Below, in pieces: positions 23,004-34,402 of a stretch of 64,000 bases of DNA. Made by a program: the position numbers and the translations under genes. The DNA comes from an uncultured Planctomycetales bacterium (GTDB lineage: Bacteria; Planctomycetota; Planctomycetia; Pirellulales; S012-138): positions 1,809-65,808 of the forward strand of contig CALBRZ010000046.1 in the NCBI GenBank assembly GCA_937927735.1, written 5' to 3'. The first letter of the stretch is position 1. Each line of letters begins with the position of its first letter. The notes beneath the pieces were generated by a model. The model was not told the DNA's origin. It saw only the letters and a program-made list of their open reading frames with translations, and searched no databases.

Positions 23004-23035
23004 GGTGATTGAGAACAGACCGCCGCAAACGCAAC

Positions 23036-23076
23036 AGGCCCTGGTGAGTACGACACTCACCAGGGCCTGATTTGAT
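23036..23076 (+). terminator. intrinsic terminator-like hairpin between convergent genes
   Basis: Perfect 14-bp stem AGGCCCTGGTGAGT / ACTCACCAGGGCCT (23036..23049 and 23055..23068), 5-nt loop, then a T-rich GATTTGATT. Confidence 0.6.
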
Positions 23077-23111
23077 TGACATAAGTTACATGCTGGTTGC
23101 GAGCAACCAAC

Positions 23112-26100
23112 CTACTCCGTTGACTCCGGCTTGCCGTAGCCCCCGCCGCCGGGCGTTTCCACCCAGAGGATGTCGCCGGCGTCGGCCGTGAACTCGGCCC
23201 CATAGGGCAGTTCCACCACGGTGCCGTCCTTCTTTACCAGGCGATTGCGGCCCGGCGCGCCTGGCTCGCCGCCTTCCAAGCCATACGGCCGATACGGCCC
23301 ACGGCGGCCCGTCAGCAGCGAGACATCGAGCGTGCGCAGGAACTCCAGCCGGCGGATGATACCGTCGCCGCCGCGGAACTTGCCGGCACCGCCCGAGCCG
23401 CGGCGGATGGAGAACTCGCGCACCCGCACCGGGTAGCGTTTCTCGATCACTTCCGGATCGGTGAGGCGGGTGTTGGTCATGTGCGTATGCACGGCGTCGG
23501 CGCCGTTGGCATAGGGCGTGGCGCCGGCTCCGCCGCACACGGTTTCGTAATAGCCGAACGACTTGTCGCCAAAGAGCGTATTGTTCATCGTGCCCTGGCT
23601 GGCGGCCGCCAGGCCCAGAGCCCCCAGCACCACGTCGACGATCCGCTGGCTCGTTTCCACGTTGCCGCCGACCACAGCCGCGCACTCCTCGGGCCGATCC
23701 TTGCGGGGCGGATTGAGCAGGCAGTTCTCCGGCAGGATGATCTCAACCGGCGCCAACACGCCTTCGTTCAGCGGGATGTCTTCGTCGATCAGGCACCGCA
23801 GGCAGTACAGCACCGCAGCGGTGACGATCGCCCGATTGGCGTTGAGGTTGCCGGCGGATACCGGTCCGGTGCCGGTGAAATCGATCGTGGCGGTTTCGCC
23901 GTGGACGGTGATGGTCACCTGGATCTTGGTGCCATCGTCCATGTGATCGCTGAAGGTCCGCTTGCCCGGCTTCAGGCGAGCCAAAGCCCGCCGCATCTTC
24001 GTTTCGGCCGCCTGTTGGATGAAGCCCATGTAGGCTTCGACGGTTTCCAGCCCATACCGGCGAATCAGCGCTGCCAGGTCAGCTGCGCCTTGCTGGTTAG
24101 CAGCCACCTGGGCCGCGATGTCCGAGAGGTTGTCATCAACCGAGCGGCTGGGATACGGGCCCGAGAGCAGCAGTTGCCGCAACTCGTCAATCCGCGACTC
24201 GCCACCGGCCACCAGCTTGAAGTTGCGGATCAGCACGCCTTCTTCAGCCAGGTTGCGCGAGAACGGCGGCATGGAGCCGGGCCGGATACCGCCAATCTCG
24301 GCGTGGTGGGCCCGCGACGCCGTGAAGAACAGCAGCCGCGGATTTTCCTCGCCCACGAACACCGGCGTGACCGTGGTCACGTCGGGCAGGTGCGAGCCGC
24401 CGCCGTACGGGTCGTTGGTCACGAACACGTCGCCCGGCTTCATGTCCGGGTTATCGGCCAGCACCTGTTTGACGGTCTGGCTCATGGCGCCCAGGTGCAC
24501 GGGAATGTGCGGGGCGTTCACCACCAGGTCGCCCTTGGCGGTGAACAGGGCGCAGCTGAAGTCGAGCCGCTCCTTCACGTTGACGCTGCTGGACGTGTTC
24601 CGCAGCGTGATGCCCATCTGCTCGGCAATGCCGGCAAACTGGTTGTTGAAGATTTCGAGCATCACCGGGTCTGGCTCGGTGAGCTTGATGGCGGCCGGCT
24701 TGGCGCTGCCGGTTGCCTGGATGATGCCGGACTTGGGCGCGGCGGCATCTTCGGCAGCGCTGCTGGTGGCCATATCGGTCAACAGCAGTTCGCCCGCCTT
24801 GTATACCTCGGCCTGCCAATGCGGATCGATAACGGTGGTCGACACCGTTTCGTAGATGATCGCCGGGCCCTCGATGATATCGCCCGCCTGGAGCTTGCTG
24901 CGGTCGTAGACCGCCGTGCGGTGTGGCTTGGCGTCAAACCAGGTTTCAGTCCACGATTCGGGCTCGGGACGGCGGCCCGACTCGCCGGGCTTCAACACCG
25001 AACCGCTGGGCTGCTGCTCGGCGGACGTCTTGCCGATCACCTCGACGCGGGCAGCCACGATCTCCAGCGGCCGTCCCTGGTGGCGGTAGCCGTAAAGCTG
25101 CTGGTGCTTGGCCTCGTAGGCCGCCTGGTAGTCGCCGTCCTCGGGCTCCTCGATGGTCAGCCAGGCATCCAGACCACGGTAGCGCAGATCAAGCGACCGG
25201 CGGACCGAGATCCGTTCGTCGGGCACGCCTTCGTTGCGAACTTCTTCGCGCGAGGCGGCAGCCAACTGCTCGAACACCGGCTCCAGTTCCTGCACGGTTT
25301 CGCGAGAGTACGGCTGGTACACGCCCTGGGCCTGGTGCCGCACCACGTCGGCCATCCCAATGCCATAGGCGCTGAGGATGCCGGCATCGGGATGGACCAG
25401 CACCTTGGGCATGCCCAACTCGCGGGCCACCGCACAGATATGCTGGGCAGCCGCACCGCCGAACGAAACCAGCAGGTAATCGCGGGGATCGTAGCCCTTG
25501 GCCAGGCTGATCGAGCGGATCGGCTTGACCATGTTGGCGTTCGCCACCCGGAGGAAGCCATCGCACAGCTCGATCGGCGTGTACTTCCGGCCGGTAGCGG
25601 CCTCGATCTCCGCGGCCAGCGTTTGCAGCCGGTTCTCCACCGCCGCACGATCCAGCGGGAAGGGGAATCGCTCGGGCAGAATCTTGCCCAGGTAGAAGTT
25701 CAAGTCGGTCACAGCCAACGGACCGCCGCGGCCGTAGCAGGCCGGACCGGGATCGGCGCCGGCGCTGTCGGGGCCGACGACCAGTTTGACACCGTCGAAG
25801 CTGCACACCGAGCCGCCGCCGGCGGCCACGGTTTCAATCGCCATCATGGGGGCGACCACGCGCACACCGGCTTTTTCGGTTTCGAACTCCAGGTCGTACC
25901 GGCCGTCGTAACGCGATACATCGGTCGACGTGCCGCCCATGTCGAAACCGATCGCCCGCTTGAACCCGGCGGCCTCGGCCACGCGCGAGAAGCCCACCAC
26001 ACCACCCGCCGGGCCAGACAGAGTGCTGTCCTTGCCGACAAAGCTTTCAGCCTCCAGCAGGCCGCCCGCCGACGTCATGATCTTCAGCTTGCTGTCGCGC

Positions 26101-27053
26101 AAAGCCCGCCGCAGGCCGGCCACGTACGCCCGCAGGATCGGGTTCAGGTAGGCGTCCATCACCGTGGTATCGCCACGGGCCACGATCTTGATCAACCGGG
26201 CCAGGCGATGGCTCACGCTGATTTCTTCGAAGCCGACCTCGCGGGCGATGGCCTCCACCTGCAATTCGTGGTCGGGGTACTCAAACGCGTGCAACAGGCA
26301 GATGGCCAACGACTGGATGCCGCGTTCGCGCAGAGCCTTGAGGCCTTCGCGGACCTGCTCCACGTTCAGCGGGACGAGCACCTGACCGTCGACGCTCATC
26401 CGCTCTTCGACTTCGAAGGTTTCGGTAAACAGCGACTCCGGCTTGTGGATCGCCAGGTCGAAGAGCCGGGGCCGGTTCTGATAGCCGATGCGGAGAATGT
26501 CCCCGAAGCCGACGGTGGTCACAAACGCCGTCTTGGCGCCGCGGCGGGTGATCAGGGCGTTGGTGCCGCGGGTAGTACCGAGCTTGACGACCACGCCTTT
26601 GATCGGGTCGGTGAGTTTCAGGCCGAGCATATAGCGGATGGCCACGATCGGCGAACCTTCGTCCGACCGCAGCTCGTAGCCCTGGCCCGGCTGGGGTGGC
26701 TGCGGCAGCGGCGGATCGAGCGTCAACTCGCCCGTGGCGTTGTTGAAACCGCGGACGGTGGACGTTGCCGCGAGGTTGCCTGCCGCATCGAGCAGCTGGA
26801 AGGTGTAGCCGATCCAGAAATCGGCCGGATCGCGGCGGCGGGCAGGGTCGACCACCACCTGAGCCGTGGAACCTCCGGCCGCGGCTCCCTTGGTTGCTCC
26901 GCTACTGAGCAGCTTATGGCGGATCAACGTGCCGTCGGGACGACGGCCAAAACAGTCGGTGAACGTGCCACCGACGTCGATCCAAAACTCCCACGGAGTG
27001 TCGTGCGAAGAGGGCGTGTGCGACGGGGCGGGATTCGGTGTTGCTGTGCTCAT
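23112..27053 (-). CDS. fused hydantoinase A/B family protein, 5-oxoprolinase (ATP-hydrolysing)-like
   Basis: 1313 aa from ATG 27053. N-terminal WEFWIDVGGTFTDCFG (HyuA) and a C-terminal HyuB-like half (DPYGGGSHLPD). It is a single polypeptide, as in eukaryote-type oxoprolinases. Confidence 0.88.
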   Translation of the reverse strand: MSTATPNPAPSHTPSSHDTPWEFWIDVGGTFTDCFGRRPDGTLIRHKLLSSGATKGAAAGGSTAQVVVDPARRRDPADFWIGYTFQLLDAAGNLAATSTVRGFNNATGELTLDPPLPQPPQPGQGYELRSDEGSPIVAIRYMLGLKLTDPIKGVVVKLGTTRGTNALITRRGAKTAFVTTVGFGDILRIGYQNRPRLFDLAIHKPESLFTETFEVEERMSVDGQVLVPLNVEQVREGLKALRERGIQSLAICLLHAFEYPDHELQVEAIAREVGFEEISVSHRLARLIKIVARGDTTVMDAYLNPILRAYVAGLRRALRDSKLKIMTSAGGLLEAESFVGKDSTLSGPAGGVVGFSRVAEAAGFKRAIGFDMGGTSTDVSRYDGRYDLEFETEKAGVRVVAPMMAIETVAAGGGSVCSFDGVKLVVGPDSAGADPGPACYGRGGPLAVTDLNFYLGKILPERFPFPLDRAAVENRLQTLAAEIEAATGRKYTPIELCDGFLRVANANMVKPIRSISLAKGYDPRDYLLVSFGGAAAQHICAVARELGMPKVLVHPDAGILSAYGIGMADVVRHQAQGVYQPYSRETVQELEPVFEQLAAASREEVRNEGVPDERISVRRSLDLRYRGLDAWLTIEEPEDGDYQAAYEAKHQQLYGYRHQGRPLEIVAARVEVIGKTSAEQQPSGSVLKPGESGRRPEPESWTETWFDAKPHRTAVYDRSKLQAGDIIEGPAIIYETVSTTVIDPHWQAEVYKAGELLLTDMATSSAAEDAAAPKSGIIQATGSAKPAAIKLTEPDPVMLEIFNNQFAGIAEQMGITLRNTSSSVNVKERLDFSCALFTAKGDLVVNAPHIPVHLGAMSQTVKQVLADNPDMKPGDVFVTNDPYGGGSHLPDVTTVTPVFVGEENPRLLFFTASRAHHAEIGGIRPGSMPPFSRNLAEEGVLIRNFKLVAGGESRIDELRQLLLSGPYPSRSVDDNLSDIAAQVAANQQGAADLAALIRRYGLETVEAYMGFIQQAAETKMRRALARLKPGKRTFSDHMDDGTKIQVTITVHGETATIDFTGTGPVSAGNLNANRAIVTAAVLYCLRCLIDEDIPLNEGVLAPVEIILPENCLLNPPRKDRPEECAAVVGGNVETSQRIVDVVLGALGLAAASQGTMNNTLFGDKSFGYYETVCGGAGATPYANGADAVHTHMTNTRLTDPEVIEKRYPVRVREFSIRRGSGGAGKFRGGDGIIRRLEFLRTLDVSLLTGRRGPYRPYGLEGGEPGAPGRNRLVKKDGTVVELPYGAEFTADAGDILWVETPGGGGYGKPESTE

Positions 27054-27204
27054 GGCCCGATTGTAATGGCTCACTAACGGTAGCCAACTCCCCGCCAGGC
27101 GGAGGACCCAAATTCGCTTGCCGACCTCGACCAATGGGGGGATTACCGATCACGGCGACGCGGCCCATGCAACGTGCGGCGCCGGGCGAGAGAACGCCTG
27201 CGGG

Positions 27205-28425
27205 CTAAGCCTTACTGTCACCGTCCTGGCTGGGCATGACAAACCGCAGGAGCTGCATCAGCAAGAAGGCGACAAGCGTTCCCAGCAAGACATACGGCCA
27301 GTAGTCGGCCGCACGGAAACCCAGCCGGCCGGCCACGGCGGCCGCGATCATCAGCACCAGCCCAGCCAGCAGCACGCCGCAGCCCAGCGACGTCATGGTG
27401 CCTTTGAACGTGTTTTCTTCGGTGTAGTCTTCAAAGTGCAGTTCGACGACGCGGCCTTTGTTCAGGCTGCGTTCGATGGTGTCGGCCAGTTCGACGCTGC
27501 GGCAGGCGTCCAGCCACGTTGGCTCCACTTCCTGGCCGGCGATGGCATCTTCCAGCGTGGCAAGAGCTTCCTGATAAACGTCGGCCTGGAACGTGAACGC
27601 TTCGCTGCCGGTTGGGGTTTGCCAGTACAGGGTAGCGGCGTCGGTAACTTTCGCAGGCAAGGTGAGTTTTGCGCTGCCGCCGGTTGCCCGGATGGTCAGT
27701 TCGGCCCGCTCGTCGGCCGGCTCGGCAGGCACCACCAGCCACCGCGCGGCTACGCCCTCGGGGCCGGAAAGATGTAACCCCAAGTTGGCAAAATCGGCAA
27801 CCAGGTCGCTGGAAGTACCATCGACGCGAGGGCTGACGCCCATGGCCGCCAAGCGGCTCTGTTCGCCGAAAAGCTGCCGCAGCAGATCGGCGTCACAGGC
27901 AAAATGCGTCTGGACGGCGGTTCGCGAACGATCGGCCAGATGCCGCTCCAGCACGGCCTGTTCGACCACGCCCAATTCGCCCTGGGCCAGCCACGATGCC
28001 AGTTGGGCCACGGCGGGCTGCCAACGGGTGGGAATGAACGGCACGGCCACGCAGCCGGTGTCGCGGCGAATCATGTCCAGTTCGTAGTACACGAGCATGG
28101 AACTGCAGGCCGGATGGCTGACCAGCACCGGCACGCCGGCCTGGAAAAGTTTGCGCAACTGTTCCGCTCGGAGGTCTTCGCCGGCCAGCCACTGGTCGTC
28201 GGCCGGCGCGGCGGCCGAGGCATCGGCCACAATCAGGGCCTCCACCTCACTTGTCGATAGCACCGTCTCCCAATAAGGTGCCAATATGAGACCAGGGCAA
28301 CGACGGGTGACCTCGTCGGCCAGGGGCCCCAACTCGCAGGCCCATGTCACGGCGTGGCCCGCCGCGGTCGCCGCCGCGACCAGGCCGAGCGTGTGTTGGT
28401 CGTGTCCCAACAAGCCGATCTTCAT
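27205..28425 (-). CDS. hypothetical protein, Rossmann-like N-terminus with C-terminal TM helices
   Basis: MKIGLLGHDQHTLGLVAAATAAGH resembles a Gfo/Idh/MocA N-terminus but lacks a clear GxGxxG motif. Two hydrophobic helices close to the C-terminus. Confidence 0.6.
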   Translation of the reverse strand: MKIGLLGHDQHTLGLVAAATAAGHAVTWACELGPLADEVTRRCPGLILAPYWETVLSTSEVEALIVADASAAAPADDQWLAGEDLRAEQLRKLFQAGVPVLVSHPACSSMLVYYELDMIRRDTGCVAVPFIPTRWQPAVAQLASWLAQGELGVVEQAVLERHLADRSRTAVQTHFACDADLLRQLFGEQSRLAAMGVSPRVDGTSSDLVADFANLGLHLSGPEGVAARWLVVPAEPADERAELTIRATGGSAKLTLPAKVTDAATLYWQTPTGSEAFTFQADVYQEALATLEDAIAGQEVEPTWLDACRSVELADTIERSLNKGRVVELHFEDYTEENTFKGTMTSLGCGVLLAGLVLMIAAAVAGRLGFRAADYWPYVLLGTLVAFLLMQLLRFVMPSQDGDSKA

Positions 28426-28669
28426 GGAGCACCCGCCAAAAAATCGTATGATAGGTCGCCCTAGCTTAGCAGAAAACGAACCACGCCGGTCCGCCGGCGT
28501 AGCGTATGCGTAGATGAAATCTTATGGGAGCGGTGCCGGTGCTGCCGCAGCAGGCATGCCCGGCAAACGTGCCCCCTACAGCGGCATGGCCGGCGCGCCG
28601 GCAGGCCGCATACATTGAAGCGCTTTCACGGCAACAAACTTTCCTGGAAACAGCATTGGAGAAAATGCG

Positions 28670-29062
28670 ATGGGTGCCGAAGGGCACGGTCCGTTTGACA
28701 ACGACGACGCCATGGATTGGGTGGCCGAACTGGCCGACGCCGACGACGATTCGGTCCTGGCCGAGGCCCTCGAAGCGGTTTCCCTCGACGAGGACGAGTA
28801 CGTCGAAGCGGCCGACGCGTCCGTCGCGATTGCCGCCGCCGAAGTCGTGGCGGCCCTGCTTGATCAACCGGCCGACGAGCTGCCGGAAGAGGTCTGGGAG
28901 TATGTTGAACGCCAGCGGGGCGTGAAGCCCAGCCTGGTCAAGCTCGCGCGCAAGGCCGTTACCCGCGTGCTCAAAGACTCGGAATTGCGCGAGATTTGGG
29001 AAGACAGCGATCACTTTGAAGCCTGGAAGGACAGCCTCGAGGATCTGCTGTCCCGGCTCTAA
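28670..29062 (+). CDS. DUF4259-like small acidic protein
   Basis: 130 aa. N-terminus MGAEGHGPFDNDDAMDWVAEL matches the DUF4259 pattern as I recall it. Confidence 0.7.
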   Translation: MGAEGHGPFDNDDAMDWVAELADADDDSVLAEALEAVSLDEDEYVEAADASVAIAAAEVVAALLDQPADELPEEVWEYVERQRGVKPSLVKLARKAVTRVLKDSELREIWEDSDHFEAWKDSLEDLLSRL

Positions 29063-29155
29063 CGGCGGCCACCGTACAGCGCCGCCGCCGCGACCGCGCG
29101 TCGCGCCGGCGGCCCCGCCATCCCCGCTGCCTGCCTGGCTTCTCGCCAACCATCC

Positions 29156-30790
29156 GTGCCGGAGGCGACAGTTGCAGTGAACGATGCGACACGGATCATC
29201 GAGAAGCTCCAGCGGGCGGAGGCGTTCGACCACCCAATCCAGCAGTTTGAGCTGCTGGAAACCCACATCTCTTGGGTGCTGCTGACAGGCCCGGCGGCTT
29301 ACAAGATCAAGAAGCCGGTCAACCTGGGCTTTGTCGATTTCACCACGCTGGAGCGGCGGCGGCATTTCTGCCTGGAAGAATTGCGGCTCAACCGCCGCTT
29401 GGCCCCGGATCTGTACCTGTCGGTACGGCCCATCCTGGGGCCAGCCGCGGCCCCGCGGATCGGTCCGCCCCTGACCGCGGCCAACGCCGACCAGCAGCCG
29501 GCCGACGGCGAGATCCTCGAATACGCCGTGCAGATGCGGCAGTTCGCCCACGAGCAACTGGCCCCGGCCGCCCTGGCTCAGGGGCTGTTGCAGCCGTGGC
29601 ACTGGGACCGCCTGGCAGCGGACGTGGCTGGGTTTCACGCCGCGGTCGACCGGGCACCGGCCGGAAGCCCGCTGGGAAGCCCCGAGGTGGCCGGCCGCTT
29701 CATGCTCGAAAACTTCGATCAGTTGGCAGCGTGCAGCGGGGATGCCGCCTTCACTGCCACCGTGGAGGAACTGCGCCGCTGGACGGAAAGCCGGCTGGCG
29801 GAGCTGGCGCCGGCCATTATCCGGCGGCAGGCCGAGGGCTATGTCCGCGAATGCCACGGCGACATGCACCTGGGCAACATGGTCCTCTTGGACGACACCC
29901 TGGTGGTGTTCGACTGCATCGACTTCAACGAGCAGTTGCGGTGGATCGACGTGCTGAGCGAAATCGCCTTTACGGTGATGGACCTGGAGGACCGCGGCCA
30001 GCAGGCGGCTGCCTACCGGTTCCTGAACGAATATCTCCAGCAGACCGGCGATTACGCCGATTTGGCGTTGCTGCCGCTGTTCATGGCCTACCGGGCGATG
30101 GTCCGGGCCAAAGTAGCGTTTCTCCGTGGGCAGCAAAGCGATGTGACGCCAGACGAATTGGAGCGGCTCCAGCACGAGTGCCGCGAGTACGTTCAGCAGG
30201 CACAGCGGTACGCCGCCCCCCGCTCACCGCACCTGGTGCTGATGCACGGCCTCTCAGGCAGCGGCAAAACCACCTGGAGCAGCCGCCTGGTCGAAGCCGC
30301 CGGGGCCATCCGCATCCGTTCCGACGTCGAACGCAAACGGATGTACGGGCTTTGGCCCGAGGGCGGGGCAGGGCAGGGGGCCGCCAGAGCCCTCACGGAG
30401 CTTTACAGCAGCGAAGCCGGCCAGCGGACCTACCAGCGGCTGCTGGAACTGGCCGAGTCGATCCTGGCCGCTGGCTACACGGTGATCGTCGATGCCACCT
30501 TCTTGCGGCAACCTCAGCGGCAGCCGTTCTTGGATCTGGCTGCGCGGCTAGGCGTGCCGGCCACCATCGCCCAGTGCACGGCCCCGCTGGAGGAGCTGCG
30601 GCGCCGCGTGGAGCTGCGTGCGTCGGCAGGGCGCGATGCGTCGGACGCCGATACCAAGGTGCTCGAATCGCAGGTGCGGCAGTTAGAACCCCTTACAGCC
30701 CAAGAGCAGGCCCTGGCCGTCACGCTCGGGCCGGATGAACAGGGCTGGGACGCCCTCCGCCACCGGGTGTGCGGCGGGCACGTCGCGTAA
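29156..30790 (+). CDS. bifunctional aminoglycoside-phosphotransferase-like / P-loop kinase protein
   Basis: APH-type catalytic region [26 protein letters not shown], then a Walker A motif [15 protein letters not shown] start at 29156. Confidence 0.8.
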   Translation: MPEATVAVNDATRIIEKLQRAEAFDHPIQQFELLETHISWVLLTGPAAYKIKKPVNLGFVDFTTLERRRHFCLEELRLNRRLAPDLYLSVRPILGPAAAPRIGPPLTAANADQQPADGEILEYAVQMRQFAHEQLAPAALAQGLLQPWHWDRLAADVAGFHAAVDRAPAGSPLGSPEVAGRFMLENFDQLAACSGDAAFTATVEELRRWTESRLAELAPAIIRRQAEGYVRECHGDMHLGNMVLLDDTLVVFDCIDFNEQLRWIDVLSEIAFTVMDLEDRGQQAAAYRFLNEYLQQTGDYADLALLPLFMAYRAMVRAKVAFLRGQQSDVTPDELERLQHECREYVQQAQRYAAPRSPHLVLMHGLSGSGKTTWSSRLVEAAGAIRIRSDVERKRMYGLWPEGGAGQGAARALTELYSSEAGQRTYQRLLELAESILAAGYTVIVDATFLRQPQRQPFLDLAARLGVPATIAQCTAPLEELRRRVELRASAGRDASDADTKVLESQVRQLEPLTAQEQALAVTLGPDEQGWDALRHRVCGGHVA

Positions 30791-30944
30791 ACGGCGCATC
30801 GCAAGCAGTGTGCGGGCGGCGTTTTGCGCCCCTTCCCCGTTTCACGCCTGTCGGGGTAGAATCAGCCACTTATCAACCGCCGGCACTGATTTGGTCTGCT
30901 TTCTTTTTCGGCGGTGCGGTACCCAGCGCCAGCAGGTAGACGGG

Positions 30945-33860
30945 ATGCCTCGTTACAACCCCAGCGTGATCGAACCGAAGTGGCAGAATTACTGGGAAAG
31001 CAACGCGACGTTCCAGACGCCGCGGCTGCCCAAGGAACGCAAGCTCTACGTGCTCGACATGTTCCCTTACCCCAGCGGTGAAGGGCTGCACGTAGGCCAT
31101 CCCGAAGGCTACACGGCCACCGATATCGTGTGCCGGCACCAGCGAATGCGCGGCGTGAGCGTGCTGCACCCGATGGGCTTTGACGCCTTTGGTCTGCCCG
31201 CCGAAGAGCACGCCATCAAGACCAACACGCCGCCGCGGGTCCAAACCGAAAAGAACATCGCCACGTTCCGCCGGCAGCTCAAGATGCTGGGCTTCAGCTA
31301 CGACTGGAGCCGCGAGCTGGCCACCACCGACGTGGACTACTTCCGCTGGACGCAGTGGATCTTCCTCAAGCTGTACGACACCTGGTACGACCCGGCCACC
31401 GGTCGCGGCCGGCCGATCTCCGAGCTGCCGATTCCGCCCGAGGTCCAGGCCCAGGGCGAAGCCGCCGTCGAAGCCTACCGCGACGATCACCGCCTGGCGT
31501 ACCAGTCGTACGCGCCGGTGAACTGGTGCCCGGCCCTGGGCACGGTGCTGGCCAACGAAGAAGTGATCGACGGCAAGAGCGAGCGCGGCGGCCACCCGGT
31601 GATCCGGATGCCGATGCGGCAGTGGATGCTGCGGATCACCGCGTACGCCGAGCGGCTTGAGAAGGATCTGGAACTGCTGGACTGGCCCGAAAGCGTCAAG
31701 GCGCTCCAGCGCAACTGGATCGGCCGCAGCACGGGGGCCGAGGTCGACTTCTATATCGGTGCCGGCGCGGCGGCCACCGCCGACGAACAGCTCGCCGCCT
31801 TCAGCACCTGGAAAGAGAACCGGAAACAGAGCGGCTTCCCGCGCAAGCCCGAGGAAAATGTCCTGCGGATCTACACCACGCGGCCCGATACGCTGTTCGG
31901 CGCCACGTACATGGTGATCGCGCCGGAGCACCCGGCGGTGGAGCGGCTCACCACGCCCGAGCAGCGCGAAGCCGTCAAGCTGTACTGCGAGCAGGCCGCC
32001 CGCAAGAGCGACCTGGACCGTACCGAACTGGCCAAGGAAAAGACCGGCGTGTTCACCGGCAGCTACGCGGTGAACCCGGTGAACGGCCAACGGGTTCCCA
32101 TCTGGATCGCCGACTACGTGCTGATCAGCTACGGCACCGGTGCGATCATGGCGGTGCCGGCGCACGACGAGCGCGACTTCGAGTTCGCTCAGAAGTTCGG
32201 CATCCCGGTCATTGCCGTGGTCGATCCCGGCCCGGCGGCCGATGCCGGCGGCGCGGCACTGCATCGCGAGGACGTGCTGGCCGGAAAAGCCGTGTTCACC
32301 GGTGACGGCACGGCGATCAACTCCGGATCGTACGATGGCCTGGCCACGCCGCAGTTCAAGCAGAAGATCACCGAGGACCTGGCTGCCGCCGGCTTGGGCC
32401 GCGGCGCCGTCAATTACAAGCTGCGCGACTGGCTTTTCAGCCGGCAGCGGTTCTGGGGCGAACCGTTCCCGCTGCTGCACGAGCTGGACGAGAACGGCAA
32501 TCCTACCGGCCGCGTGCGTCCGGTGCCCGAGGATCAACTGCCGGTCGACCTGCCGCCCTTGGACGACTTCAAGCCCCACGGCCGCCCGGAACCGCCGCTG
32601 GACAAGGCTCCGGCCGAGTGGTTGTACCCGGTGATCGACGGCAAAAAGTACAAGCGCGAAACCAACACCATGCCGCAGTGGGCCGGTAGCTGCTGGTACT
32701 ACCTGCGGTTCATCGACCCCAAGAACGACAAGGCGCCGGTCGATCCCGAGCTGGAAAAGGCCTGGATGCCGGTCGACCTGTACATCGGCGGCGCCGAGCA
32801 CGCGGTGCTGCACCTGCTGTATGCCCGGTTCTGGCACAAGGTGCTGTACGACCGCGGCGTGGTCAGCACGCCCGAACCGTTCAAGAAACTGGTCAACCAG
32901 GGCATGATCCTGGGCGAGGTGGAGTACACCGCCTACCGCTGCGGCGATGTGTGGATCTCGGCCCAGGACGTGCAAGAAGACGGCGAAGGCAACCTGACCG
33001 TCAGCGATCACACCCGGTACCCCGAACTGTTCCATCAGCCCGAGCACAAGCTGCCGGTGGAACGGGTCACGCTCGACGAATCGCTCGTCGAGAAGCAGGG
33101 CGTGCACTTCGTGCTCCGCGAGGATCCCCGGATCCGCGTCGAGCACCGCGCGTTCAAGATGAGCAAGAGCCGCGGCAACGTGATTAACCCCGACGACATC
33201 GTCCGCGAGTACGGGGCCGATTCGCTGCGACTGTACGAAATGTTCATGGGCCCGCTGGAAGCCACCAAGCCCTGGAGCATGGACGGCGTGAACGGCGTCC
33301 GCGGCTTCCTCGACCGCGTGTGGCGGATGATCGTCAACGATCGGGCGGAGGAAAACACCCTGAACGAGGCCGTGCAGGACGTGGAGCCCACCGAGGACCA
33401 ACGCCGCGTGCTGCACCGCACCATCAAGGCCGTGACCGAGGATATTGAAAGCCTGGGCTTCAACACGGCCATCGCCCGCATGATGGAGTTCACCAACTTC
33501 TTCACCAAGGAATCGGTGCGTCCGCGGTCGTGCATGGAAGCGTTCGTGCTGCTGCTCAGCCCGTTCGCTCCGCACATCGCCGAGGAACTGTGGCAGATCC
33601 TGGGGCACAACAACACGCTGGCCTACGAGCCGTGGCCCACCTGGGATGAAGAAGCGATCAAAGAGTCGCTGGTGGAGATCCCGGTGCAGATCAACGGCAA
33701 AGTGCGGGCCAAGGTGATGGTACCGCCCGACGCCGACAAGGACGCCATCGAACAAGCCGCCCGGTCCGAACAGCGAATCGCCGAGCAACTGGCCAAGGTG
33801 CAGGTGATCAAGACGGTGGTCGTGCCCGGCCGGCTGGTGAACTTTGTGGTCAAAGGCTAG
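30945..33860 (+). CDS. leuS: leucine--tRNA ligase
   Basis: ATG 30945 gives [22 protein letters not shown]-type motif [13 protein letters not shown] and KMSKS motif FKMSKSRGN. 971 aa. Confidence 0.96.
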   Translation: MPRYNPSVIEPKWQNYWESNATFQTPRLPKERKLYVLDMFPYPSGEGLHVGHPEGYTATDIVCRHQRMRGVSVLHPMGFDAFGLPAEEHAIKTNTPPRVQTEKNIATFRRQLKMLGFSYDWSRELATTDVDYFRWTQWIFLKLYDTWYDPATGRGRPISELPIPPEVQAQGEAAVEAYRDDHRLAYQSYAPVNWCPALGTVLANEEVIDGKSERGGHPVIRMPMRQWMLRITAYAERLEKDLELLDWPESVKALQRNWIGRSTGAEVDFYIGAGAAATADEQLAAFSTWKENRKQSGFPRKPEENVLRIYTTRPDTLFGATYMVIAPEHPAVERLTTPEQREAVKLYCEQAARKSDLDRTELAKEKTGVFTGSYAVNPVNGQRVPIWIADYVLISYGTGAIMAVPAHDERDFEFAQKFGIPVIAVVDPGPAADAGGAALHREDVLAGKAVFTGDGTAINSGSYDGLATPQFKQKITEDLAAAGLGRGAVNYKLRDWLFSRQRFWGEPFPLLHELDENGNPTGRVRPVPEDQLPVDLPPLDDFKPHGRPEPPLDKAPAEWLYPVIDGKKYKRETNTMPQWAGSCWYYLRFIDPKNDKAPVDPELEKAWMPVDLYIGGAEHAVLHLLYARFWHKVLYDRGVVSTPEPFKKLVNQGMILGEVEYTAYRCGDVWISAQDVQEDGEGNLTVSDHTRYPELFHQPEHKLPVERVTLDESLVEKQGVHFVLREDPRIRVEHRAFKMSKSRGNVINPDDIVREYGADSLRLYEMFMGPLEATKPWSMDGVNGVRGFLDRVWRMIVNDRAEENTLNEAVQDVEPTEDQRRVLHRTIKAVTEDIESLGFNTAIARMMEFTNFFTKESVRPRSCMEAFVLLLSPFAPHIAEELWQILGHNNTLAYEPWPTWDEEAIKESLVEIPVQINGKVRAKVMVPPDADKDAIEQAARSEQRIAEQLAKVQVIKTVVVPGRLVNFVVKG

Positions 33861-34324
33861 AGCAGACCGCCGGTTTCGCTCGCAGTGTATCGCCCGAGTC
33901 TTCGTACGTCGGGCACCGCCCGACGGAACGGCCAAAAGTAGGCCGGGTGCTCGCCCCCGGCAACGAAATCGGCGCGTGGTGCCACGAACCAACGGGGAGA
34001 TATATTTTCGCGTTGGCACCGCAGCCGAGTGGCGCCTGCCCTACAAACACTGGTTACGTTTGTTAACACGTCCCAATGAACCACCTGCCCGCGTGAAGCG
34101 TCAGTTGCTGATGTTGCACGCGGGCTGTTTTGTTGCCGGCGCATTGACAACCGCGAATGCTTAAGGGTGGTTTGCGTGCGGACCATCATTTGCCTCGGCA
34201 ACGATTTCTGAACCGCACGGGCGGGCATAGTCGCCACCGATTGCCGGTTTCGCCAGGCGGTGCCTGGCCTACAAGAAATTCCCTCCGATGGGAGTTCCGC
34301 GAGGCAGTGCCTGGCCTACGAACA

Positions 34325-34380
34325 CAAAAAAAACTCGCGTGAAGCACCCGATTGCGGACACTCCACGCGAGTTGATTTTT
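34325..34380 (-). terminator. intrinsic terminator downstream of the PVC-type heme-binding protein gene (bidirectional shape)
   Basis: 10-bp stem AACTCGCGTG / CACGCGAGTT (34332..34341 and 34364..34373), flanked by an A8 run (U8 on the minus strand) and by GATTTTT. Confidence 0.6.
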
Positions 34381-34402
34381 AACGGCTCAGTTACCTGGCA
34401 CC

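Noticed and set aside
23481-27077. 1198-aa plus-strand ORF
   Set aside because: It is antisense to the 5-oxoprolinase gene, which has unmistakable hydantoinase A/B motifs. Its composition is Arg/Gly/Ala/His-rich, and it has no recognisable domain.
28466-30175. 569-aa minus-strand ORF spanning two plus-strand genes
   Set aside because: It overlaps the DUF4259 gene and the APH/P-loop kinase gene, both of which have clear motifs on the plus strand. It crosses their intergenic gap and has no motif of its own.
30873-34019. 1048-aa minus-strand ORF
   Set aside because: It is the antisense shadow of leuS (HIGH and KMSKS motifs on the plus strand). The same reasoning rejects 35477..37606, 8531..9859, 10229..11893, 44..1186, 38195..39064, 39080..40165, 46390..47463 and 47536..48555.
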